Shown: piece after piece, positions 13,346-27,200 of the stretch
How positions within the stretch are numbered: the first letter of the stretch is position 1
How the letters are laid out: every line of letters begins with the position of its first letter
Source: Nageia nagi
Taxonomy: Eukaryota; Plantae; Pinophyta
Length of the DNA: 64,000 nucleotides
Assembly (NCBI GenBank): GCA_050084985.1
Contig: JBITNC010000001.1
Coordinates: forward strand, 141,422,001-141,486,000
Direction of reading: 5' to 3'
Notes under the pieces: generated by a model
What the model saw: the letters and a program-made list of their open reading frames with translations, nothing else
What the model was told of the DNA's origin: nothing
Database searches by the model: none
Translations under genes and position numbers: made by a program

Positions 13346-14399
13346 GCAACACTTATTTTTTTGATTAATATATTCAATATATGTTATTACCTATGCTTTA
13401 AATGTGTTATGAAATGGCTTTATGACTTGTATTTAAAGATATTACTTTGTTTGAAATGGTTAAGTGTTAGGATATTACATGGTTACTAGTTTATTAGGTA
13501 GCGTGATGGCTTATTAATGAATAGAATGACCTAAATATTACATTAAGGGACTTATATATAAAAATAATAATTAAATGGAACCCAACATGGGCATTGGTGT
13601 TTTTAAGGAATTATGGGATCTAGTTTTGATTTAACGGATAATGACAAGAAGTAGGAATGGAAAATTATATTTTGGCAACCCAGGTCAATTCTATGGTTAT
13701 GGAAGCTTTAAGGTAAAAATGAACCTAAGGATAAATAATGGGTTTAAGTGCAAATTTCATGGTGAAACCATGTTTTTATTACTGACATGGGTGATAGGGA
13801 ACTAAAATTTTTAAGTATGAGAGAAAAATATTAAGGAACCTAATGTAAGAACTAGTATCATAGATAAGGAATGGCTTTGGCTATGATTATTTAGTACTAG
13901 TTTGATTCTTTGAAAAGGTTTTGACATGAACAAATAATGACATGTTGAAAAATATCAAATGGACCTGAATGAAAAGTTATCAAAAGGAACCTAGCTAAGT
14001 TTTTTTGGGTAAATGAAAATAACACATGGCAAGGCATAGGAGATGAATATCAAGATGATATGAATGACCTCAAAGAACTATTAGTTTCTTGATAATTTAT
14101 AGAAAGGCTAATGAACACACTAATCTCAGCATCCATGCAAGTGATAAAGGGATACAAGGGATTAATTCCTAGCATTTGAAGGAACCCCCAAGTGTGGTCA
14201 AGAGAAAGGATAAGGGGATTGAATCCTAGTACAGACAAGGGGTTGTAGTGCAAATCTAACCAAAAAACCAAAATAAAGATACCTATACTATTGTATTCAT
14301 ATAAAAAAACTATAAATGACAAGAGCATAAAAAATAATGTGCACCTCTTCAACACACTGGGGGAAGATAACTCACAAAGTTGATGCTCATGTTTGATGA

Positions 14400-17000
14400 T
14401 TTAGCTTTGATGAAATTTAGAAATGGATTATTGAAGATGTCCATACTCTTTTATTCTCATTTTGAGGACCTATCAATTATTTTGGCTTATCATCTGACTT
14501 AGGTTCTAAGAAAGATACCTTATTTTGATCATTCAAGTCCTCAATTTTGTTGAGAAAGATCACATAATATTTTATCTCATATCCTTATTGATTATATTCA
14601 CAAAACTCATATGAATTGCACTCTTTTGGCATTATTACTATAAATTTTGAGTTGTTAGCTTAGGATATGGAACTAGCAATTTTCTCCTAATCAACACCCT
14701 TGTGACCTCATCAATATCATCATGGATAGGTATGAATTTTCATATAGGAAATTTTTGACATTCTATGTAGATTGATTTCTCTTATTTTTCCACTTTTCAA
14801 ACTTTATTTACTGCTACTAGTTATTTTTATACTAATTCCACTTTGGCTACTATGTAAGCTTCTTAATATTGTTCCTATTTGTACCAATGTTGAGGCTGTA
14901 AAGGTGAATTATCTCTTTTTTACTTTGATTATTATTTCCATTATCCACATCTAATGCTGATTATTTCTTTTTCCAATAAAGATTATAGAAACTCATCAAG
15001 AGGTAACTTACAATAGTCAAAATATTTTTCTAATAAATTTCTCAATAGACCAATCTTATCTTTTCTTTAGCTTCATCAAATCATTGAATGTAACCTTTTT
15101 GGTAATGTGCATTTGATAATGATCATAAAATACTATCTTCAACTATGCAAAACTGTTAATGCTATCATGTGGCAACTTGATAAACCATTATGTAGATTCT
15201 CCTTTTAGATATAATGGAAATAACTCTACATGTAAGTCCTCATATAAGGTAACTAAAGAGACTTCATAAGAAAAAAATATATACATGAAGATAAGGATTA
15301 GTAGTACTATCAATTTTTGTGAACTTCAACTCTTTGCTAGAAAGTAAAATGGTAGATCCAATTCTCATACACAAGGGATTGTTGTCTTCATTTTGATGAG
15401 GGTATAAACCTTGACACTTTGTAATTTTCTTGACTTGTTGTTGAAGACCTTCAATTATTTCTTGAGCTATCATTGGTAATGCATTTTCCAAGGATGGTGT
15501 TGGTATAACTTCTTGAACTTTTTCACTTGCATGTTCTATGACTATTTGGAATGCTAACCTTATTCAAATGTTGGTAATAACTATCTAGGTCTAAATATTT
15601 CGAAAGCTCCTATTTGATCATTTCTATCATGGATAATATTCCATAATGTTTATGAGACTAATCACTCTCTATCATCATGAGGAATCAATATCATGTGTTC
15701 TCTATTGCACTTTAGAACCTCTATATATTTGATGTTATTTTCTTCTTCATTCCATATAAGAATGGGTTTCATAGCTTGAGCAAGTAGTATATATACCTCT
15801 TCTTCTTGATATTGATGTTCAATTGAAATAAGACACTAAACTAGTTGTTTGTTCTTCATTTGAAATAATATTTTCTTAGTCTTATAATAATTTTTAATTT
15901 TTTGAAGAAACCATGTGTAGTACTTTATCTTTATAGGAATACTCAAGTTTGCAATGGTAAGATCATCTACTAAATTAAGGAATTTTGAATTTCTCCTATT
16001 ATCTTCCTATGACCAATTTGGATATGGTGTATCAATATTTTATAAAATCTTTTTGAAATTTTCATATTTTGTAGGATCTTCTTATTCGCACTCATATTCA
16101 AAAAAAATATCTATATCTTCATCAAAATCTAGAACCTATTAATCCTACTTAATCTATGAAACTTGTATGATTAGATCATTGACATTATTTATTGGGACTA
16201 AATTTTCAACCTAAGCTTCTTGATGAAGAAAATTTTGCAATGTAGTAGATTGAGCAAGTTTCTCACTAACTATGTTGATTGAATTGATAATCTCTTGCGA
16301 GTTTCCTTGATCTACATCCATCATGGGGACCACTATAGGAACAAGAATTGCTACTTCTATTTGAGGTTGGGAATTAATGATAAAGTTAGTATCAATGCTG
16401 ATGTGAGCATATACACTAGAATTTGGAAGGATAAACTAGAAAATATTTGGTATAGGTACATGTCTATTTGTAAGGAATCCTAAATTTGTATTACTACATG
16501 TGAGAGTCATGGCATCAGGAGGTATGTTTTCCTTGTACTTGTTACAATGCCATAACTTGCATTGCTTAACCACTTGATCATATTTAAGTGTATCAACTAC
16601 ATAAGCTTTTTCCTTAATTAGAAATCCACTAAGAATCTTGATGAACATATGCTTATTCTCTTTGAAACTCATAACCATCTTTACTACCTCATCATCACTC
16701 AATCAAGAAATAATCTCCTCTTCGATTATAATAGGAGATTATTGATTTGGAGGGGTCTAATGTCAAGTATTATTTGAATTAACCATATAATTTACTATCT
16801 TAGCTAAAATATCATATCTATTTGCAAAACTCTCTCCTTATCTAAAGTATTGTCACTAGTATCTTTGGTTATCTCCCCTTGTATATCAGTAGATGGTTGT
16901 TTGGTGTGAATTATTTTACTTCACCTCTAAATCACCTTAGGTCTACCAATTCTTCTTCTTTTTGAAGTTTTTTTGGCTATAGGATTAGTATTAAGATATA
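14400..17000 (-). pseudogene. gag: gag remnant of element B with long N-terminal/upstream coding region
   Basis: LYEDLHVELFPLYLKGEST*WFIKLPHDSINSFA*LKIVFYDHY (~15115-15250). Decayed Ogre-type FCxYHQxxGH...KIEDL motif at ~14530-14605. Confidence 0.75.
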
Positions 17001-18474
17001 CATTTTTATTACTAGTAATAAAAAATGTTTTAGGAATATAATGTATAAACAAAACCCTTAATAGATTTGACATTGCGATAAAATTGTAGGTTTGAAAATA
17101 AATTTTATTCTAACCCTAATTAAGAGGAAGAAAAAGCCATAAATGGATATGAACCAATATGTTGATATGTGTTTTGGTATCACCTAAGGTTTTTTCCTAA
17201 ATGAACTAAATACACATAAACATTTATGTATGATTTATTTAAGCTAATTGAAATCAAATAAACATACATAAATAAGGGAATATAATAGTGCAATAACATA
17301 AATAATGAATTACATTGATGTTAAGATGTAAAATGATCTACACACACTAAAGATAAAGGATTAAATTGGAATATAAAGACATGTGTGTCCTTACCTATGT
17401 TATGGATAAGGATATGATGGATGAAATTATCAAAGAGTAGTGATCCCGTTATGTGAACCCCAAGGCCAACTATAGAAGGAATACCAACACAAGCACTAAT
17501 CTCCATAAGATCAATGTAGGAAAGAATGTTAGTGTGGTGCTAGAATTATTAAGGAATGAGGCTTGCCAATAAGGATCAATGACACAAATACAAAAACAAG
17601 TTTAACTAAGCATATGATATTGAAAATAGATAATAGATATTTGCTCAAGTGATAATAAGATTCCCATCTCAATAGGCAATGTTTAGAAACACCCAAGTAT
17701 AGGGTATTAGCTATTGAGATGTAATTATTATATGCTTTCCCTAGGTTAGAGATACTTACATTTATATCAGGAATGATATCACCATTTGTCCCCTTGAATA
17801 TTGGTTAAATCTATCTCAATCTACTTAATATAAAAATAAGAACACAAGCTAATAAATATATGATAATAAGGGTAAAAATATGACTAAAATATAATTAAAT
17901 GTGATTATACATGTATGCAAAGTTGTACCTAAGTGGGACCATGTGAAGGGGACCACTTTTAGGTGTCAACATAAACTAGATATTTATATTTATATGTGAT
18001 AGTAGCATTGATGCTAACCCTAGCATTGGTATTACACCCAACATTGTGTTGATAAACCTAAGAAGTATCTTCATTTAAAACATGATATGTATTCAAGAAT
18101 GCTTCTTCAAATTTATAATATTTTACTTCCTCTTTTTTTTTTTTTTTTATCATCTTCATCATCATAGATAATTATGTTAAATAATTGGTGGATGTCTTCA
18201 TTTATAATTTGTTATTCTATTTCATCTCTAGAAAGGGATGCAATATCTTCTAAATATTCTGAGCTAAGTTGTATAAAAGAATCAAACATTTCTCCAAGAG
18301 AACTTATGGTAATATTGAAAAATTATGGATAACTTCTATATAATAACCAAATTTTATACATAAATCATATAAGCTAATTTTATAAGAAAAGGAGTCATAA
18401 TCATGAAAGAGTTTAGTCATACCTTCTTTCTTACCTAGTTGTGCATAGGCATAATCTTATTCAATAGAAACTAT

Positions 18475-21400
18475 TGTTAATATTTTCAATTTATAAATAT
18501 TATTTTATATAAAGTACCATTTTGAATGAAATACCTTGGCAACTCACCCATCAAAAGATCTAGATATTAATAGTAATATATCACCTATGATTATCATCAT
18601 ATTTTGTTCTAAATTGCTATGTTAAAGAAAAGAGGTTTGCAAGTGATAGAATATGACAAGCGATAGCAACAAAGTTGTAAAGAAGGATACCATATGTAGA
18701 TCCTGAGCATTGATGTCATCACTAGTGCAATAAAATACTAGGCTATTGTAAGTTCAAATAAATCCTTTAGCAAGTGACTCATCTTGAACATCATATAACC
18801 CACTAAGGAAAAAGTTACACTACAATCCACAAATGATAGTGGGTCATCCACCCAATAAATACTTTAGTAGGAAATAGTGCAAATATCTCAATTTAGCCAT
18901 CACCATGAACCTGTAGGGTTGATGAAATAACAAGTGTTAACTATGAACAAGTGATTTTACCTAATTCACTCTTCAACCCACCAAAAGGAATGATAGATGA
19001 ATATAGAATAAGATATATCATTGCTCTATATTAGTGGGGTTTTTCCATGTTTGGGGAAATATAAACAACACTTCATAATTCTTTAAAGTTCACCTTAGAG
19101 TCATACCTATACCATATAAAGATAGAGGTGCATTTAGTGACAAAGTATGGTCTAACTCTTTCATATTTAGATTATAATACTTACCTTAGAATTAGTTGAG
19201 ATCTCTATATCCTCAAAATATGGCCATATAGATCTTGACCCACCTACTTGGTTTTACATTTAGAATCTACTAATGAGGTTGGCATATTTTTGATCTCTTT
19301 GACTACATTTAGTTAAGATATCTTTGTAGATAGATCTAGATATCATGTACCAAGCTTGTAATATCTGTCAAGTGAGAAAATAATAATGTTGTACTTATAA
19401 ATGTAGTTTAGAGATTTAATTTTTATAAAATAGTTGTAATCTTTAATATTTTCCCATAGAGATAGAGTGTAATATTGGTTTTCTAATAATTTGGCCCCCA
19501 TTATAAATCAAAGTACAACAATATTGTAATGATATTTTCTTGAGTATTTATTTTATTCTCTTTGTAATATTATTTTCCAAACTTAATTCAAATATGTTGT
19601 GCTTCATTTATGCTATGGCTATTAGTGTTTTAATTTGGCATTCTTGATTATGGAGGTCTATGGATTTGTATAATATCAGATTAACCCTGAATGAAAGGCC
19701 ATCATAAATGGTGACATTCATATTGATACATCTTATGTATGTCTCCCTTTGGTTTAGGTTTCTTTTGGTGATATCAATAATAATGTAAAATCATTTTTCC
19801 TTCCTTTTTTGTGGTTGTAGATCTCATTCCTTTACATTCATTATGGGTGTTCATGTGAATTTGAGGCATTTAAGCTTGTTATCATTTTCTACATTTTCAT
19901 TTTCTTTATTCCTTGTAGTTTAGCAACTATGAATGCTTTCATTAATAGTCCCTAGGGTCATTTCCCTTTCATCACATTTTTCCTCTTTCTCCTACACCCT
20001 ATCCCTTTTACTTTAAGTTATTTCCTTTTCTTTCTCATACTTTTAACCATCAAACCAAGGCCTCCTCATGGTGGATGGGTCATAATCCAACTTGTATCTA
20101 GAGTTTGGGGAATCTGTTCCCTTTCCAATTCTTGATTAGTATATGAACTTCATGGTGTACAATCATATCCCATTGATCAATAGTTTTGGTATGCCCATTG
20201 GGATCAATCTATCATACTTTAGATAATGCTTATTTTCTAAAAGGATAAAGTGGAGATTGGTGGTATACATATTCATTTACAAAGGAAAGAAACATGTGGT
20301 AGATTTTCCTATTCTCTATATTTTAGAAGGCCATCTTTGAATATCTAATGTAGATAATTCTTATATAATTTTAAGGATATATTTGGTGATTTAATTTTTA
20401 TATTATAGTAGATTTTGTGGATATTAGTGGGTTGTTAGGTTATTTCACATGGAATCTATAATATTTTAAGGTGATCTAGTGTAGTTAGTGTCTAATATCT
20501 TTCAATGTGTATCATAGAAACTTTTAGCAGCTATTTGTAGCAAATTGGCTTAAATTTACACTTTTTGACTTCCTCATTTTGCTATATTGGCCCGATCCAA
20601 CTTCCCACTAGTAGCCTTGATTTTAGGAAATATAATACAAAACATTGGTATCTTTGCCTCAAAATTATATTATATTTTTATATTTATAATAATATAGTCA
20701 ACATTACTAAATGGGTTTTGACAAATATCACCTTGAGTTTATAAATAGAGTCATTTATTTTAAGGAATTATCACTGTATATAAATAATAAGTGGTTATTT
20801 GTGCCTATCATATTCCTAGAATATAGATCAATGAAGAGCAATATTTTATATAATACAAATTGCATGAATTAAGTTTCAATTTATAGCCCAAGGAAACAAA
20901 GATAACTTTTTGAATATAAGCATAGTGCTAAATAGCCATGAGTTTATAAAATAATTTTCAGAGGTAGCCCTTAAAAGTTACTCTAATCTGTATATGTTTG
21001 TAGGTTAGAGATGGTAAACATTTATTTAAAGAAAAATAATATTATGTCTTTAGTATGTATGTTGTAGGAAGGAGCTATCATTTTATAAATATGAATATTA
21101 TGGATAAGGTCATATTGAGTAATATAGATACTCCATACATAGGTGATTGCATTTATAGATAGTTGAATAGATAGGTTGATGAGAAGCTATATATGTTTAT
21201 TTTAGTAAACCTAAAGAGGTCATGTCAATAGGTCATTTTTTTAGAGAAGGGATCCTAATCTTGAGCCTTTGAATATCAATCCTATTTTCAATAGGTATAA
21301 TTGAATCAAAAGTGTATGACATGTTGGGAAGCTTGGTTTGCATTATTTATGATGCATATTGTAACAACTCCTATAAAAGGATATCTCTTGATGAAAAGAA

Positions 21401-24072
21401 GAAATATGAAGAGAAGAAACTAGTTTCTTGGGAAGTTTGAGGGGAAATCCATTATCCTTGGTTTAGTGACCATGTAAATAAGTATTTTTTATTCTCTCAT
21501 CCTACCCTTCTAGATATGTATTTCACCTTTGTACTTGCTCTAGTTGTGTTTTTCCTCTCCACCATAATGATCTATGTATCAATCCTCTATCCTTATCCTT
21601 TATAAACCCATTGTATATCACCTTTTGTATCCATTATTGACCCCTTTTACCATATTCACATTTCTTTCCTTCTTAGGGATTAAACCTCTTCCTTATTTTT
21701 CATTCCCTTCCACTTTATTCAAACCCTTTCCCTTGGCTTGTATAGACCAAGAATTTTTCCTTCAAACATTATAAGATACCAAAGTAAATTTTGTTGTGAT
21801 GAAATGTCCATGATACCATCCAAAATGTAAGATTAATAGAAAATAAAGGCCTCAAAATGCTTCCAAACCACTATCACTAGTAATGTAGATTACACATTAT
21901 CCATTCTATTTCACCTATCTAAATTACATATGTTCACATGATCAAACATATTACTAACATAGGTAATTGCTTATGAATATATTTGAGTAGGATGGATATA
22001 TCTAATGAATATCTATCTTATTACCCCTTTTTTCCCCATATTTATCTACCAACATCATCACAATCATAGCTTGGGATGCATTATTAGGAAAATGACCTAG
22101 AAGCATATTGAGATATCTTGTAGAATATTAGCATATATTGTAGTTTACTTATCCCAAGAATTGTAACCTTGCTCTCAGATACCCAAGGTGCAACATATTT
22201 TTGAGGAAAAATATGCAACACATTTCCCATTCTACATTATAGGTCATGCCTTATCTTGCTTCACTCACCAATCCCTATCATGCTTTAATAGTCCCAATCT
22301 TATTTAATATACTTATTTCCTAAAACTAGCTAAAGAAACCTTTTTTGGGGTAAGAAATGTTATTAAGAATTTCATTTTATAAATATTATTTTATATAAAA
22401 TATAATTTTGAATTAAAGGCCTTGGTGGCTCACCCTAAAAAAGCCTTGAATATTAATAGTAATATATCACCTATGATTATCATCATATTTTACTCTAACA
22501 CATTGTGTTAAAGAAAAGAGTTCACTACAAGTGATAGCAGATGGAGGATGATAGCAATAAAGTTGCAAAGAAGTATACCACCCTATAGATATTAAGCATT
22601 GATGTTAGCATGTGTGTAATAAATTATTAGATCATATAAAGTTTAAAAAATCCTTCAATGGGTGATTCACCTTAAACATTAGATAAACTACTAAGGAAAA
22701 AGATGCACTATGGGACACATAGGATGGTGGGGAATCTATTTAACAAGTAATTTAGTAGAAAATAGTAAAATTACCTCAATTTAGCCATCACCTATGAACC
22801 CAGAGGCCTTATGACATAAAAAGATGTTAACTATTAGTAGGTGATTCCTCTTGAATCACTCTTCAACCCACCAAAACAAATGATGGATGACCATAGAATC
22901 ATATATATCATTGCTCTATCTCAACATGGTTTCTCATATTTGGGGTAATATAAATAACACTTGATAATACTTGGAAGCTTACTCTGAATTCATACCTATA
23001 CCACATAAATATAGATGCACATTTAATGAAAAAGTATGGTCTTCCTCTCTAATTTGTAGACTATGATGCTTACCCTTGAATCAATTATATATATATATGT
23101 GCAAACTTTATTCATGCAAATCCTAATCCACCTACTTGGTTTTACTTGCAAAATTAACTAATAATGTTGGCATATTATCTCATCTCACCCAACTACATAC
23201 AATCATGAATTCTTAGTAGATAGATCTATACATCATGTACTGAGCTTGCAATATCTATTGACTAAGAAAAAAATTAATGTTGTACTTGTAAATATAGTTT
23301 AGGGATTTGATTTCTATAAAATAACTATAATATTTAATATTTTCCAATAAAGGTAGAGTGTAATGTTTATTTTCTAATAAGTTGATTCTCATTATAAATC
23401 AGAGTACAATAATATTGTAATGGTCTTTTTCTTGAGCATTTGTCTTATGTTATTTGTAATATAATTCACCAGATTTAATTCAAATATATTTCCCTTCATT
23501 TATGTTATGGCTATAAGTGTTTTAATTTTGGTATTCTTGATTATGGAGGTCTATGGGTTTGTGCAATATGAGATTGAACCTAAATGAAACACCATCATGA
23601 ATGTTGAAGTTCAGATTGAGACATCTTGTGCATGTATCCCTTTGGATTAGTTTCATTCTAGTAGTTGTAAGTGGAGTGTAGAATCATTTTCTCTTCCATG
23701 TGCTATAGATGTAGATCTCATTCCTTTACTTCCATTGTGTGGGTTCATGTGAATATAAGGTATTTAAGCTTATTATTCTTTTCTACATTTCCATTCCTTG
23801 TTCTTGGTAGTTTAGTGGTCATAAATGCTTACACTCATAGGAATTATGGTCATTTTCCTTACAACATATTTTACCTCTCTTTCTTACACCCTTTTCCTTT
23901 TACTTTCATTTATTTCCTTTTCTTTCTGTATCTTTAAACTTCACACTAAGGCCTCCCCATGGTGAGAGAGACAAGATTCAGCTTGTATCTAGAGTTTGGG
24001 AATACATCCTCTTTCCAATTCTTGGTTGGTGAATGAGCTTCATAGTGCATGATCATATACTATCGATCAATA
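18475..24072 (+). mobile_element. Element E: non-autonomous LARD-like LTR element with 1.7-kb LTRs and tRNA-Arg-type PBS
   Basis: LTRs 18475-20182 and 22361-24072 align throughout. PBS TGGTATGCCCATTGGGA at 20187-20203 is a decayed TGGCACGCCCAGTGGGA. The 2.2-kb interior has no recognisable domain and no TSD is recognisable. Confidence 0.88.
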
Positions 24073-24290
24073 GGTAACCATGTTAACCATATTATTTTCT
24101 TCTTCATCATCATATTCTCCTACAATTTCTTTATTATATTCCCCATTAAAAACATAATTAAACTTTCCCTTTCTAAAAGCTTATTAAGTTTCTTCTTCAT
24201 TTCAACATGCCAATTAGTGGAATTACCTTTGACTTGATGATATAAATAATGATTATTATCCATATACCAATGGGGTTTCTCTTCATATTC

Positions 24291-27200
24291 TAATTTGTAA
24301 CCACTAGATGCTTATAACATTCTTGGATCCTCAAATACATATTTTATAACCTTATTTTATCCCTAATATATATTCCCCATGCATAAATACAATGAATGAT
24401 TCATATAAAAATAATATTACACACTACATTCATGTAAGATGAAGAGAACATAAAAATGTAGCCAGATTCAAGAGCATTCATATCTTATTATTACATACAA
24501 AAATACATTACAACCAAAGGAGACTCTTTATTCTATATTCCCAGGCATGTATGTTTTCCTACATAATAAAATTCACTCTCTTAGCCTCTACAACAATACA
24601 ATATTTTCAATTTATTTTGCAACAAGTTCCAAGAGGGAATATCTACTTTGAAGATAAAGTTTGTTCAATTGAAACAACCTTTCAACTTCCAAAATGGATT
24701 CAAGATGAATATAACCACTTAATATTATAAATATACATCTTATATTTTCTTAGCATTGGTTCTAATATTGACATTTTTTATAGGCTCAACATTGGCACTA
24801 ATAGAGTTTGGTTTCCACTTGGGTTAATTATTAGGTGGCTAGGTCCTTGGGTGATTAGGTCAGGTCTTAGCTAATGTTAACACTAGTATCTCTAATAAAT
24901 ACTTGATCCTTAGAGGTAAAATTAGCATATTAACATGCCACATAGGTATAATACCATATATTACATCCAAAATCCTCAAAAACACTAGCACAAGTGCTAG
25001 TTGTAGCATTGGTGCTAATGTAATAGCTTCCCTAAAAAAGATAGTTCAAAGGAAAAAATCTTGCATGAAGATAAAATATTCAAAAAAGGTAAGCATGCAT
25101 ATACTCATTGTAAAGGTCTCTTTTATGACTATCCAATACATAAATAAGTAATTCAATTATATATATATGTATATAGATATATATATCAAAATATATTCCT
25201 TCCCAAATATGAATGATCTATTTTTTGTCTACTTTCTAGCCACAAATTTTGCTAAAATCATTAGTAAATGGTCAATATACCACCCAATCATAACAATTGA
25301 CTAAATTCACACTCAAATGATATTTGTTATTCATTATATATGATATATTTTAGATCACACCTCACTAATGATGAGGCATTTTATCTCCAAATGCTTAAAA
25401 AATATAAGGATAAGGAATAACAAATCCTCAAGGAATCTCATACCATTGTTAACCCCATGTTGGATGTGTTGGAACCATCTAAGGATTCCATGGTGTAGAT
25501 CCTCAAGTAGGAATGTATAATGAGTAGAGTCTTTAACCTCCTTGCACTCTCATCTTGATTCCTTACTTCTTCTCCTCCTTGTTCTTGTGATAACTTATGT
25601 CTTGATGAGACACCTTCTTATTCTTCTTAATCTTGGAATTCTTATTAATTGAATGAATAATTGATGGCTTCATGTCCTCTTTATGCTTTGTTTTCATAGG
25701 TTTTATTTTTCTAGAGGCATTAATAATATCCTTGAGATCCTTAACTATGATAATAGAATTTGTAGTTTTCCCAACATAATATCTCGTTAGAAACTTCCTA
25801 CCATTGTTAACAAATTGATATTTATTCTTTATCCTATAATAAATAACATACATTTCATATAAATAAGGATTATGCAATAATATTATAGCAATATCAAGAG
25901 GTATAACATCAAATAAAACTTCATCAATGTAATCAATATTTATAAAAAACATCAACTTACAATGGTGTGTGACTTGTATCTTGGGCACCTTGCTCAACCT
26001 CCCAAGTGGATAAGGACATGAATGAGGATATGTCTCTATCCCCAACTTCTACATTAATTTTTTTGAAATCATGTTCACTTGAGAATAAGGATTAATAAGT
26101 GCATCAATATTGGTCTTCTTATCTTGGATCTTAATGTAGAACAATTACATTTCCTTCTCCTCCTCTTCAGCTTTTGATAATGACCCACTAATAATCATGC
26201 AATTAAGTGTATCATTAATGTTTGAATAATATTCAACCTCACAAGTTTATTAATTACCCAACATAAGTGCTTCCATGAATGTAGTTTCTTCTTGAACCAC
26301 AAGTGCTAAATTCTTCTTAGGTTTCTCCTTAAACCATTTTTACCTAAGATTTGGGTGTTTGTACCAACACTTATCTTCCTCATGCCCTATATTTTTGTAG
26401 TTTGAGCATTAAGAATTCTCTTTTTCATCTTTATATTTCTTCTTTATTATAACATTAGCATTACCTTTATCTTGTAGCTTGTTTTTGGAGTCTTGGTCTT
26501 CTTTTTAGATCTTCCCATGAGCCTCCAAGTATTTTACATGAACATAAACCTAATCCAAATCTAAAAGGTTAAAAATCATTATTGTATATTAAAGGTAATT
26601 ATGTAAACCTCCAATATATTTGAGAATAATGTCATGGCTTTCCAAATACATCCTAATCAGTGCAACACTCTTCTTGAACTCAGTTGTATATTCTTAGACA
26701 TTCTACACTTTTCTTATAAAAAATGTAACTATTCCATTTTTTTCTTCTATTTATGGATAAGAGGATAAAATTGGTCTTGTAATAGTTTTTTGAATTCCCT
26801 CCAAGTTGTAATAATGAATTCTTCATTATTTTTGATAGCATCATAATATGATTCCCACCAAACCAAGAATGTCCTTCAAGTTTGAGTGCAATAATCTCAA
26901 TATTTTCCTTATAACTTTAAACCTTTTATATTATAAAAAATACCTCTATTTGTTTCAACCATTGGTTTAACTTTCAACATCAGTATCTCCTACAAAGGAT
27001 TTGAGATCAAACTTCACTTCTAGCTTCAAAGGTAACTTTTTATCAATCTAATGTGAACATTCTCCTTTAATTCCATTCTATCACCAATTATTTGAGTAAT
27101 ACTTCCAAACCTTCAATCTTACTCTTCAACTCATTAGTATCCATGATCATTTCTCTTTACTTCATCAACTAAATCACCTTAACTCCTTATAGATCTGGTC

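Larger units (their letters stand above)
8411..17971 (-). mobile_element. Element B: complete but pol-less Tat/Ogre-like Ty3/gypsy (gag + antisense PMD)
   Basis: LTR pair 8411-9200 and 17160-17971, clearly alignable. PPT CAAAGAGGGGTATC at 9201-9214 (minus). TSD AAAAC/TAAAC (4/5). gag is on minus, PMD on plus. Confidence 0.9.
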
